Assembly (NCBI RefSeq): GCF_020745735.1
Contig: NC_083412.1
Location: 66,740,320 to 66,804,319 of the forward strand
From: Hemiscyllium ocellatum
Taxonomy: Eukaryota
DNA: 64,000 bases
Reading direction: 5' to 3'
The notes under the pieces were generated by a model. It searched no databases and was not told where the DNA came from. It saw only the letters and a list, made by a program, of their open reading frames with translations. Shown here piece after piece: positions 37,725 through 49,700 of the stretch (position 1 is the first letter of the stretch; the number at the start of each line of letters is the position of its first letter). Both the position numbers and the translations under genes were made by a program.

Positions 37725-40700
37725 GTAAGAGAGTTTATAGAATCTTCTTCCAATTCTCATTTGAAAGGTAGAAATATATTTTTGTGCTTTTAACTCATTT
37801 AAATGTTGCTTCAGAATTGCTGGTTTAAACCCATTCAAATGAAACAAAAAGCCTCAGCAGAAATTTGAAAACAATTTTTCTCTTTCAAATGCTACTTTAA
37901 CCCAGTCTGTATTTCCAGCACGTTCCTCTATAATTTTGAATTTTCAGGATGGTTTTTTTTCTCATCTGCCAAATAATTTAAAACGGACACTGCTGTACTT
38001 CTACTATGAACTAAAAACATAGAGATAACATGCTTTTGACCCATGAACCCATTCTAGAAGAGCTTTCTTTTTGGGATGAGATTTTAAACTGAGGCTCTGT
38101 CTACTCAATGCAATAAGTACCATTACAACCTCTGAGGAGTTGTTCCCAGTTTCCTGACCAATATTCATTTTTCAATCCACATCACTAAAACATGATTAAA
38201 TAGTCATTATCTCACTGCTGTTCATGGAATCTCACTGGGTGTGAATTGCACTTCCTACAATACAACGCTATTTCTTTAAGTGTTAGTACATGTTTGGGAA
38301 GTTCTGAACTTGTGAATGGCAATATATAAGTACAAGTTTTTTTCTTTGTTGTTTTCTTATTTGATGAATTACGTGGGACGACATAAAGCTCTTAAAGAAT
38401 TGCAATTCTAACTTGTTTCTGAGAAAGTGTATGTGCTGTTGTTGTGAAATTGACAGGAACTGATTTTCATTACTAGCGTGTGGTTCAAAACTGGTCATAA
38501 TTACACTAGACTTGTTATTTCAATAGCATTCAAAATTTATATTATTGTTAGAAGCTCCAGATAGAGAGATGAACATGTGCAGGGAACACATTAATGCTGG
38601 GAACATAAAATCAGATTACAAGCATAATTCATACAATTTAGAGAAATATATTTCAATTGTGTACAGTAGCCTACTACAACTCTCAGAAATAGAGAAAACA
38701 CTACTTTTACTGTGAATTGCATTGTACAGTTCTTATTTTATGATGAAATGTGGCTGTCATTTTGCACACAAGTTTCAACAAACAACCGAGATAAATGGCC
38801 AGTTATTTCCATAGTGATTGTAACAAGGTCAGCCAACTGGAACTCTATGTATGACTCTAAGGTTTCTACTTCAACTCCAGGGCATCAATGTGGACTTCAA
38901 CAGCTTCCTCATTTCCCCTCCCCCCCACCTCATCCTTGTTTCAAACTTCCAGCTCAGCACTGTCCCTATGACTTGTCCGGACTTGTCCGACCTGCCTAGC
39001 TCCTTTTCCACCTATCCACTCTACCCTCTCCTCCCTGACCTATCACCTTCATCTCCTCCCCCACTCACCCATTGTACTCTATGCTACTCTCTCCCCACCC
39101 CCACCCTCCCCTAGCTTATCTCTCCATGCTTCCGGCTCACTGCCTTTATTCCTGATGAGGGGCTTTTGCCCGAAACGTCGATTTCGCTGCACTTTGGATG
39201 CTGCCTGAACTGCTGTGCTCTTCCAGCACCATTAATCCAGAATCCGGTTTCTAACAAAGGCCAGTGCCCTATCACCAAGTCACTCCTTGTTTACACATGA
39301 ACAATCTTTGACTTTAGTACTGCCTCTTCAGAGTCATGTCTCAAAGTTATCTCTGACATTCCCTTACTTATCTCTCAGCCAAAGCTCTCTGAATGAACCA
39401 TATTAATAGCCCCAATCCAGGAACTCATATTCGATTCAAGCCTTTTTAACCTTTCCCCATAGCTCAAACCCTCCAATCCTGACAACCTTCTTGTAAATCT
39501 TTTCTACACCCACTCAAGTTTAACAACATCCTTCCTGTAGAAGGGCGACCAGAATTGCATGCAGTATTGTAAAAATAGCCTCACCAATGTCCTGTACAAC
39601 AAGCCCTCCCAACCTCTATACTCAATGCACTGACCAATAAAACCAAGCATACCAAAAGCCTTCTTCACTGCCCTGTCTACCTGTGATTCCACTTTCAAGG
39701 AACTATAAACCTGCATCCGTAGGTCTTTTTGTTTGGCAACACTCCCCAGTGTCCTTAGTGTATAAGTTCTGGCCTGTTTTGCCTTCCCACAATGCAACAT
39801 TTCACATTTAGCTAAATTAAACTTCATCTGCCACTCCTTGGCTCATTGGTCTGTCTAATCAAGATCCCATTGTACTAAGATAGTCTGCATTATCCACTGC
39901 ACCACCTGTGTTGGTGTCATCTGCAAACTTACTAACCATACCTCCTATATTCGCAACCAAATCATTTCTATAAATGATGAAAAGCAGTGGACCCTGCATT
40001 AATCCTTGTGGCACACCACTGATCACATGCTTCCAGTCTGAAAAAGCAACCCTCCACCACCACCCTCTGTCTTCTATCATCAGGCCATAACAGTTTGGCA
40101 CTCCAGTCAGATGTTATGTAGGTATTGCATCCATTTCTGATCAATTAGATAGAAGAACTGGAGATATCCAAACAAGTAAGATTGCAAAGAGGAGGAAAAG
40201 GGCTACCTAAGGTTCTTTCAAATTACACTCTAAGTACAAGATAGGATGTGAAAGGTTCAAATCAGAGGAAGATAAATTTATGACTGATCAAGAAGCTTTT
40301 GCAATAAAGAGGCCAAAGTACAAGAGAAAGATTAGGAACAGTAAGGTGAAAACGATGGAACTGAATGCTGAATGGAGAGACGCAAGGATATTTCTGAATG
40401 GAATAGTTAAGATAGGTCCAGTGACTTTGCTCATCCATAATCACTAATCTCACCTGCAGACAGGATGAAGCTTTCCCAATATTTTCAATTGGAAGAATTG
40501 TATAGGAAATGAGAGAGTAATATATGAGAAAAAAAGTAATTGTGAGAGAAAGAAAGATGGGAATATATGTAAGAGAGAAATGATGTGAAAAACAAGGAAG
40601 AGCATTGGAAGAAGTGTGAATGAGGGCATGTCCATGGGGAAGGGTGAATGATGGGAAGGAAGAATTGGAGGAATGTATGTGCACAAGTTCACCACAAGAG

Positions 40701-43700
40701 TCTGTATGGATGAGAGGTAATGCAAGTTAGCATCTCTAAGTGCAAAGGATGGTGAATGTATGAAGGAAAGACAGAAAGTAAAAAGTCAACAGCACAAAAG
40801 AAGAGTAAGTGAAAAAATGAGGCTGAGTGGGTACAAAGCAGGGAGAAGCATATGTGCAAAGGGAGGCAGGAATAAAGAAGAGACACCATATTTCCTATCA
40901 TGAACTAACTCACCAAGAAAGGGATCATGAATAGAAATAATTTCAAGAACAGAGGAAGGTCCCTTAGAGCTGTAAGAATCTGATGCAGAAAGAGGGGAGT
41001 TTAAAAAAAACATTCAGAATACTGTAACATCCATTAATTAGCTAATTATTTCAATTTTGATTATTTCAATGGTGGTTTCAAGATTAATACTGACTAGATT
41101 ATCACTGCACATGAGTGGATTCAAAAAGGTTGCTGAGAAATTGTTTATCTAACTGAAAGAAAATAATAATGTAATAAGTATACTCAGAGCTTTTATTTTT
41201 AAAGTGAATTTCCCAACATTTGAATTTAGAATTTGTTAAAGGGGAAGAAATGGATGCGATACTGAGATTTTTAGAAAATATTTGATAAGCTACCATACAT
41301 TAGGCTACTTCAGAAGATGAGAGCCCTTAAAGGTGGAGGTAGTATATTGACATGGATGGGGTCATGGCTACCTAATAAAAGGCAACAGGTTGGGGTAAGG
41401 GGAAGAGTGTATTTTCAAGATGGCAATCTGTCACTAGTGGAGTGTTATAGGGATCTATGCTGGGTTCACAATTATTTATAATATACATCAATGACTTGGA
41501 TGAGGAAAGTGAATTTACAATTGCCAAGTTTACAGATGACACAAACACTGGTGTCAAGGCAAATGGCAAGGCTGACGCAGAATACAAAGAGATATACACA
41601 GGTGAAGCAAATAGGCAGAAACTTAACAGATGGAATGTGGGAAAATATGAGGTTACATATTTTGACAGGTGGAATAGAGGAGCTGAATATTATTTGAATG
41701 GAGAAAGACTGCAGAAAGTTACAGTGCAGGAATTTGTGAGCCCACATGCACAAATCTCAAAAAACTTAGCATCAAGGATCAATAGGTAATAGGGAAGGCA
41801 AATATAATGTTAGCCTATATTTCAAAGAGAATGGAATATAAAAACAGGGAAGTCTTGCTAAACAATATAAAGCACTAGTCAGGCTGCTACTGTGAAAAGG
41901 TTAACTCCTTTCTTCTAAGGAAAGATACTGGAGGCAGTCCAGAGGAAATTCACTCGGCTGATCCCAGATAAAGAGGGACTGTCTAATAAGAAGAGGTTGA
42001 GTAGGTTAGACTTTTGATGAATGAGAGGAGATCCTTTTGAAACATACAAGATTTTTAGGGGACTCGACAGGATAGATGTCGAAAAGGTTGTTTCCCCTTG
42101 TGTAAATGTCTAGAACCAGCAAGCATAATCTCAGAATAAGGGATTGACCCTTTAAGACAGAGATGAAGAGGAATTACTTCTCTCAGAGGGTAGTCAATTT
42201 GTGGAATTGTTTCCAATATTGGGCTGACAAGGCTGGGCTGTTGGATATATTCAATGCTGTGATTGTCAGTTTTTAAATCAGTAAGGGAATTAAGGGTTAA
42301 GAGCAAAGGGAAGAAAGTAGTTTTGAGGATGATCAGATCAGCTACGATCTTATTAAATGTTGGATCAGACTGAAAGGGCTGAAAGACCTGGATGTGCCTT
42401 CTTTGTATGGTCTAATATTGTACAGTGCCCATTAGGTTTGACGTAATATAAGATTATGCAGTATTCTATAGGTTATACTGATCCGACTATCCATTGTGAC
42501 TGATCTCCTGTAACTGGAGTGGAAAATGGGAAGCCACCTGTTAGGACACATTTTCCTGATGGCGGCCAATGAAGTGGCTGCTGTTCCTTTGACGAATGAC
42601 CCCTCAAAGATGTGCTGGACCAAAGTGCCAGCACTGATGATGCTGCTCCTTAAGAAGGTTATGTTGTCCTTGGCCTTTTTCTTTTCGGGGAGGTTATAAA
42701 AGCAGCGATTCTGAGAAGTCTAGGTTTGAAAGGTCTTAGGGCCAATTTGATTACAACTAATAGATACTACCTCAGGAAAAGGCCTTCAAATTTAAAAATG
42801 ACACTTGTACAATGAAAAGGAAGTGTCCAGTTTTGCCAGTTCAGTTTTTCACTGGCTTGGCTTGGTTTGGTGTATTCTTTAGCAGTCTAGTTGTTTGAAA
42901 GCAGTCAGTTTTGAGACTGGTGGTCCAAGAAATAGCAAGATGGAAGAAGGTGTTCCATGCGGAGTCCCACTGGCATTTCTCTCTCTCCTGTAAGAGCCTG
43001 TGTTTTCTTTTACCTTTTGTGCCAAGGATTGTTAATGAGGATTGTTTGGAACAGCATCATTAAGTTTGGGATAATCTGTTGTGTTTTTGGATAGGTTAAG
43101 TTATTCTATATTCTGTTCTCTGTTGTTTGTGTTTCATTTGGTAATCTTGTTAATAAATTGTGTTGTTGTGGTTCTGTTCGCCGAGCTGGAAGTTTTTGTA
43201 GCAAACGTTTCGTCCCCTGGCTAGGAGACATCATAAGTGCTCTGGAGCCTCCTGCGAAGCGCTTCTTTGATGTTTCTTCCGGTATTTATAGCGGTCTGTC
43301 CTTGCCGCTTCCGGGTGTCAGTTTCAGCTGTCCGCTGTAGTGGTTGGTATATTGGGTCCAGGTCGATGTGTTTGTTGATGGAGTTTGTGGATGAATGCCA
43401 TGGGATTCACTACTATCATAGGGCAAATGGCATTCATCCACAAACTCCATCAACAAACACATCGACCTGGACCCAATATACCAACCACTACAGCGGACAG
43501 CTGAAACTGACACCCGGAAGCAGCAAGGACTATATAAAGCGGCAAAGACCACTTTAAATACCGGAAGAAACATCAAAGAAGCGCTTCACAGGAGGCTCCA
43601 GAGCACTGACGATGTCGCCTAGCCAGGGGACGAAACGTTCGCTACAAAAACTTCCAGCTCGGCAAACAGAACCACAACGAGCACCCAAGCTACAAATCTT

Positions 43701-46700
43701 TGCACAAACCTTGAATAAATTGTGTTGTTTAAAACTAAGTGGTTTGACCAGCTGCATCACTCCTGGAATATCTGTGTTATACCTGCTTAAAACAACGAGC
43801 AAATTTAGGGTCTGGGCTAGGTCCTTGAAATTGTTTGAGGGGGGTCTGGCCTGGTTCATAATGGCACTCAACAGTGCCACTGATCATGATGACCATTACT
43901 GGGGCTGTAGCTATGTCTCAGTGGCCATGGGTTAAGTGCGGTTCAGAGGAGGAATGTTCTCCTGACCATCAAAGGCTGTTTTGAGCAGCTTGCATGATTT
44001 CCACAATATTAAGCGTATGTGCTCTCTCACTTCCCAAATATCCAATCAGCAAAGCTACTGGAGTGTAGTGATCCTCATCAATATGAACCGTACCTAGATT
44101 CGATGATTTGTGAGGAGTATGGTGTTTTTTTAATGTTCAATTTTTCAATAATTTAATGATTATGTATTTTATTGTTCCAAGGAAAAAACCAGAGCCTGAC
44201 CATTTCTGTGACTCCACCTGCGATCAAAGCTTTAAAAGGACAGACAGTGGATATAAACTGTTCATACCAAAGCAAAGATGGAGAACAGCTGAGGATAAAA
44301 TGGGGGAGAGAAGATGGTGTACAAGAGCTTTGTGATTATATTTATAATAAAAATAATACCAAGTATACAACATGGTGTTGTACAGAACATATGAATATCA
44401 CAATGGATCTCTCAACAAACACAGCATCTTTAACAATCTTCAATCTTCACTTAAATGACTCCAATATTTACTTTTGTCAAATTTCCATTGAAATACCTCC
44501 CCCTGCACTAACAGTAAAAAGTAAAGGTATACTCCTCACGGTGGAAGGTAAGCAGGCATCAAAATTGAAAAGATGTGAAAGGATGATTACACTTCAGAAA
44601 TGTATTGTAGCAGTTATAATTGCTTTTTAATATTGATATCTTGAAAGATGCTACATAAGTGTAATTTCTTTCTTTATTTGCAAAAGAACCAAGCTTTAGT
44701 TTTTAAACCATACTAGTTGTCAGGAGAAAACTGGTGGGAGGTATTCAGCTCCTGACAGTGGTACAAATGAGGTGCAAAAGACAAAGATAAGTAGCTGATA
44801 GAGAAACACAATTTGAAGATTACAATGTGAAGTGGAAACGTTTTTATTCTTTTCAATAAATGTGAAAGAAATACTGGAAGAGCGTCTTAGGTTATGAGAG
44901 CAGGTATTCAGAATTTATTTGGAATATATTATAGAATAGATTTGGATTCCACAGAGTGTTAAACATGAGAGGAAAATTTATCTGGTGTGTTAGTTTAAAA
45001 TAAGTCACAATAAGTTGGCAGGTTGTTTTCCACGCAGACCACTTATTTAGTTAGAACAGTTCTAGGTTTAGCAAACACAATATAGGTGACACCATAGCAC
45101 AGCACTGCTGCCTCACATCACTAGGAACCTGGGTGCCATGGTCTTCAGAGAATCAATAGGCTGAATTGCCTCTCTCTGGACTGTCAGGATTCTATTTTGC
45201 CGAGTAGTCCCGCTGATAACAGAAAAAAAGATATTTACTTACATAGTGTCTCTCATAACAGCAGAAGGATTAAACAGAATTTAAAGGTCAACGAAGTATT
45301 GAATGAGGAGATGAGGGATAAGTTGGTGTTCATTTTGGTACAGAAGGGATAGAAGTGAGCTCGATATGAACAGTGGGGGTTGCTGCCACCCTTCAAAGGA
45401 GGTTTTAGTCAATGCCGCCAATACAGGATGTAAGGAATTTATGTTGTGCTTCAGCATGTCACAAAGTACTTCACTTCCATTATTTCTCCAAATGTTTGAC
45501 AGCGTACAGAGGCTGGTTTGGATAGTCAAAGAATTTACTGCTCTTCTATACATAAGTCAGTGAGATTTTTACATTTATTGAGATGTGTAGACAGGACCTT
45601 GGCTATGCTTCTGACAACACAGCATTGACATTTCAGTCTAAACTATGGGCTGAACTTCCCCATTTTGAGTTAATGTGTTTAGCGAGTGAGCTTCATGGAG
45701 CCCAGTCTGCCATTACTCAGGGTGATCTTTCTGCTCCTCTCCGCATTAATAATCTATTGGGTCTCCACGGTGATTTTCTTCATGCTAGGGAGGTGCAAGT
45801 CCTCACCACTGCCAGGACCTTCTAGCACTCATGCCACAGGCACCATATATAAAGCCCAGGTGCAGACCACTTCAGATGCTGGAAGGCAAGAACTGGTCCG
45901 TATGTTGAGTTGCATACCAATTAAAGTTGTTGAAAGGGAAACAGGCAATCTGCTTCACTGACAGGGACGATGATAGGGAAGGTGCTGGTGGATGGGATGG
46001 TGGACAATAGTCCAAAGATCGGGCCATCCAGCCTGGGCAAAGGTACCAGTACCAACAGATTCAGGAACAGCTTCTACCCTGCTGTTATCAGACTTATGAA
46101 TGGACATCTCATATGATAGAGTGATTTTTCCCTGCTCGTCCTCTATGTCTGTAATACTATATTCTCAATCCTGTTCTATTACCCTGATGTACTTATGCAA
46201 GATATGATTTGTCTAGTTAGCATAAAAAAGGATACGTTTTACTTTATCTCAGTGTGACAGCAATACATCAAATCAGGTCTATACCATTTTACAGCTACAA
46301 AACTAATACCCAACTGGAAGAGAAACAATAATCTCTGTGCTCCTCAAGAGTATGTATCACTAACTTTTCTATGGTACCTCAAGCTCCAAACTCAGCTCGC
46401 TCATCCTGGAAACAATAAGGCTGTCTCTGGTTTCTCGGGTTTGGTGCTGCATTGATGTGTCACATTGTCTTGGCTGTCTCTCTCAGTCAATTTCCAGATT
46501 CTTAGGCTCAGCTTCACCCCCAGAAGATTGCTGTTGATTGCCTATGTCTTCTGCTCTTTAGGGGGAGTAAGGTTAGTTTTGCTATGGCTGGGATGGAAAC
46601 TTGAGCATTGTATCTTGATTCTACATCAGACTCAGGGTGCCATAGAGATTTCATGAGTCATATTTGAAGGGGGTAGTGACTGTGTCCCAGCAGCCATCCC

Positions 46701-49700
46701 CATGTGGCCCAAGGTCTTTAGAAAGAAGCAGATACCTGTGAGTTTTCTTAGTATTATGACAGCTCTCACTAGCGCAGATCTGCTAAATCTGGCATTGATT
46801 ATATTTAATTTGAAGTTTAACGGAGCAGAAACATTTCCTGCTGGCGAGAGGGAATTCTCAAAGAAATCTGGGTGCAGTTTATATCTCGATGCACCCAGAA
46901 GAAGTCAGGAATGTCAGAGAATCCCAACATCTAGGCTGCTAGCCTCTCCTTGTCATTGGGACAGGATATGACCATCTGTGATCTGGAGAAAATGGCATCA
47001 ATGAGCTCCATGATGCAGTTATGGGTCAAGGATTAGCTCCCAGTTGCTTCACAAAATGTGCCCCTGGCATAAAACTTCCAAGGCAGCTGTAAGGTGGCAG
47101 CTGCTGAGATGGCATTGCCACCCAGTCCCTCGAAGTACAGGTCCTACTCCAGCCGGTCACACAGTTTGCTGATGAAGGCCTGGGATGTTATGAATTGGTG
47201 TCTGCGCTGTCTCTCTCAGAACTAAAAGTGACAGTGTGGCTTATGGGTGTATGCTCTGCTTATTCTCCTCCACCTCCTTTGTGCTCCTTCACCTGCTGCC
47301 TCTCGCTCTGGAGGCTGTGCAGTCGCCAGGGAAGGTTTCTGCTCTTGCTGACAATGTTGTCATTGCAGTTTCCTTCTGTTTCTTTCCTTCACACCTGAAG
47401 CAAGGTCATAAGGACTTGTCGATGTCCGTGTCAGTGTCTGATCTGTGAGCAGATGTGTGGGGAATGTCAGAGTGAAGACCACTTCACTAATTGTAAGCCT
47501 GCGCTCTGACATCAATCACAATGACGTTTTGTATTATGCCCTGTCACAGTGTGGCATTGAGGCTTCCCAAGGAGGGCAATGCCATGTCTCAATAAGAAGC
47601 TCTGAGTGGTGTAACCTTATTCAAATGTAGATTGTGCAACCAAAGTCTTCATGCTCCACATGGGATAGAATTCTGGCAGTAAGCGATCTTGATATTCCCC
47701 CTCTACCACAGAGAAAATAGTCTTAGTTAGTTTGTCTGATTCCATTTGCTTCGTTGACATGACAAGAGAAAAATTAATGTGATCAACAATGGTCCTGATT
47801 ACTTAAAGCCACAGTTTGTAATGTTCACTCTTGGAAGATGAATGATCTGCTAATCAAGTGCAATTTGATGCCTGTTGGTGGTATTACTGAATTGGTGGAG
47901 GTATGAATACTACAACTTTCCCTAACAAAACTTCAAATTCAAACAATTTGATCTTGACCCTGTAGAAAAATACAGCATCTTACTCCACCCTGACTGCATG
48001 TGATGGCAGCCATTTTATATCATCATTTACCATCTGACTTTGGATCAAAGGTTCACCCATGTGATTTTGTCAGAGTTCCAGGCTCAGCCTGAGATGTTGA
48101 ATGATCACCTCTTCCTTCATGTTCCTGTTTGTGTTGCTGTCCCTGTGTTCCCAATGACCGTTCTGCCTCCCCCCTCAAAGTCAAGCATTGAAAGACTGAA
48201 AGATGTGTGTGTTGGCCTGAGAATAGGTCTAATGTTTACGTCAGGTTGATGGTTTGGCACTGCCAATTTCCATGGATGAAGAGTGGAGGAAGAGGAAGTC
48301 CTGAAGTCTGCAGGGATATTGTGGTGAAGTCGGTATTGGATGATGGCCAGGCCAAGTAAACAGTGAGCTGCTGTTACCAGGTACCCACTCTGAATTACAA
48401 GTCAGGGGACAGTATTGTCTAGTTTCTCAGAGGAGAGGAGGTTTGGAAATGGCACATTAATTTGCCAATTTTTGCTTCATTTATGAGATGCGAATACAAG
48501 GAGGGAAGGGAGTCACTACTCATGAGCAAGGTTTTGAAATCTGCTTCAGGCTTAAGGGGAGATGCAGATATTTTTACTCAGTGTCAAGATTCCAATTTTT
48601 TTCATTCTCTCCATTCTTTGCCACCTTTCTCGCCCACAATACACCAAGGAGAGGAACATTCCACTCTATAGAGCAGAGTGAGATTGAGTTAAACAACATT
48701 TTGACTCAAAATAAACGGCAGAACTAAGGGTGAAGCCATTGAGGGTAAGAAACTAATGATTTATTGATTGACAACATTCAAAAACGCCATTAATTTATAA
48801 AACACATTTAGTTTTATGTAATTTTATATAATTTTTGAAGTTACTTTTTTTAAACTGTGTTCCAGTAACGAGTAGATTCTGAAGAATTTATTCTATTCCA
48901 GAATTTTGAATAGCGAGCAATATGTCTAAAGTTTTTTTCTAAGAATTAATATACTTTTCATTTACAAAACACTAGATTTAATTAACAAGACAAAAATCTT
49001 CAGCCTATCTACTTAATTGGATGGAGAGAAAACAAAGCAGCATGTGTGTATGTTATGGTTGTGTAATCTGCTGTTGCTTTGGTCATTATTCTATTTCTTG
49101 ACTAGCATATTGTGAGAAATAATGTAGCTCCTTTCAACTGAACTAAAACCAACTGTAGTCTAAGTAAACCAGCAGGTGCTAGTACAGTAAGCTGCTAACA
49201 TTGTCTTTATTTAATGAGGATACAGCTAAACTGAAACTTTGACTTTGTTACATTTAATGGGAATAATTATGAAACCATGTCATCAACTGAATTGTGCCTC
49301 TGACTCTGAATAAAGTATAATCCTTACACCAGTTTCAAAGTACTTCAGAAATCTGCTTTATTAGAGGAGCTGTCAGATCTGGTATTTGAGAATGGGGTAT
49401 GACAAAGTGGTAGGTTTTGATGAATGCCTGGAGATTTCAGTGCATCCTATTACACTTTGTTTTATTCCCCTAAGTCTGCTTTTTAGCACAGGTCACACAG
49501 TAAACATTACGTAATACTCATCAACAGTTCCTAAATCTCATAAGGTAACAATTGAGGAAGCAGTAAAAATAAATAAGCAGGCAGAGTGATAACTGGAAAT
49601 TAAAGGTCTAATGGCATTATAATTGATTTTCAGCTCGGCCAACCGTCCAATTAATTGAGAAGACTCATCCTTACCCTCATGAAGTGAGAGAATTAATCTG

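Noticed and set aside
40150-41050. Purine-rich stretch giving several hydrophobic minus-strand ORFs (possible TM exons)
   Set aside because: A compositional artefact of GA-rich, probably old LINE-derived sequence; wrong strand for the gene and without coherent splice sites.
44172-44630. ORF-track start (TTG 44172) and C-terminal extension KQASKLKRC... as part of the protein
   Set aside because: These are read-through into introns; the splice sites at 44181/44182 and 44547/44548 delimit the real exon.
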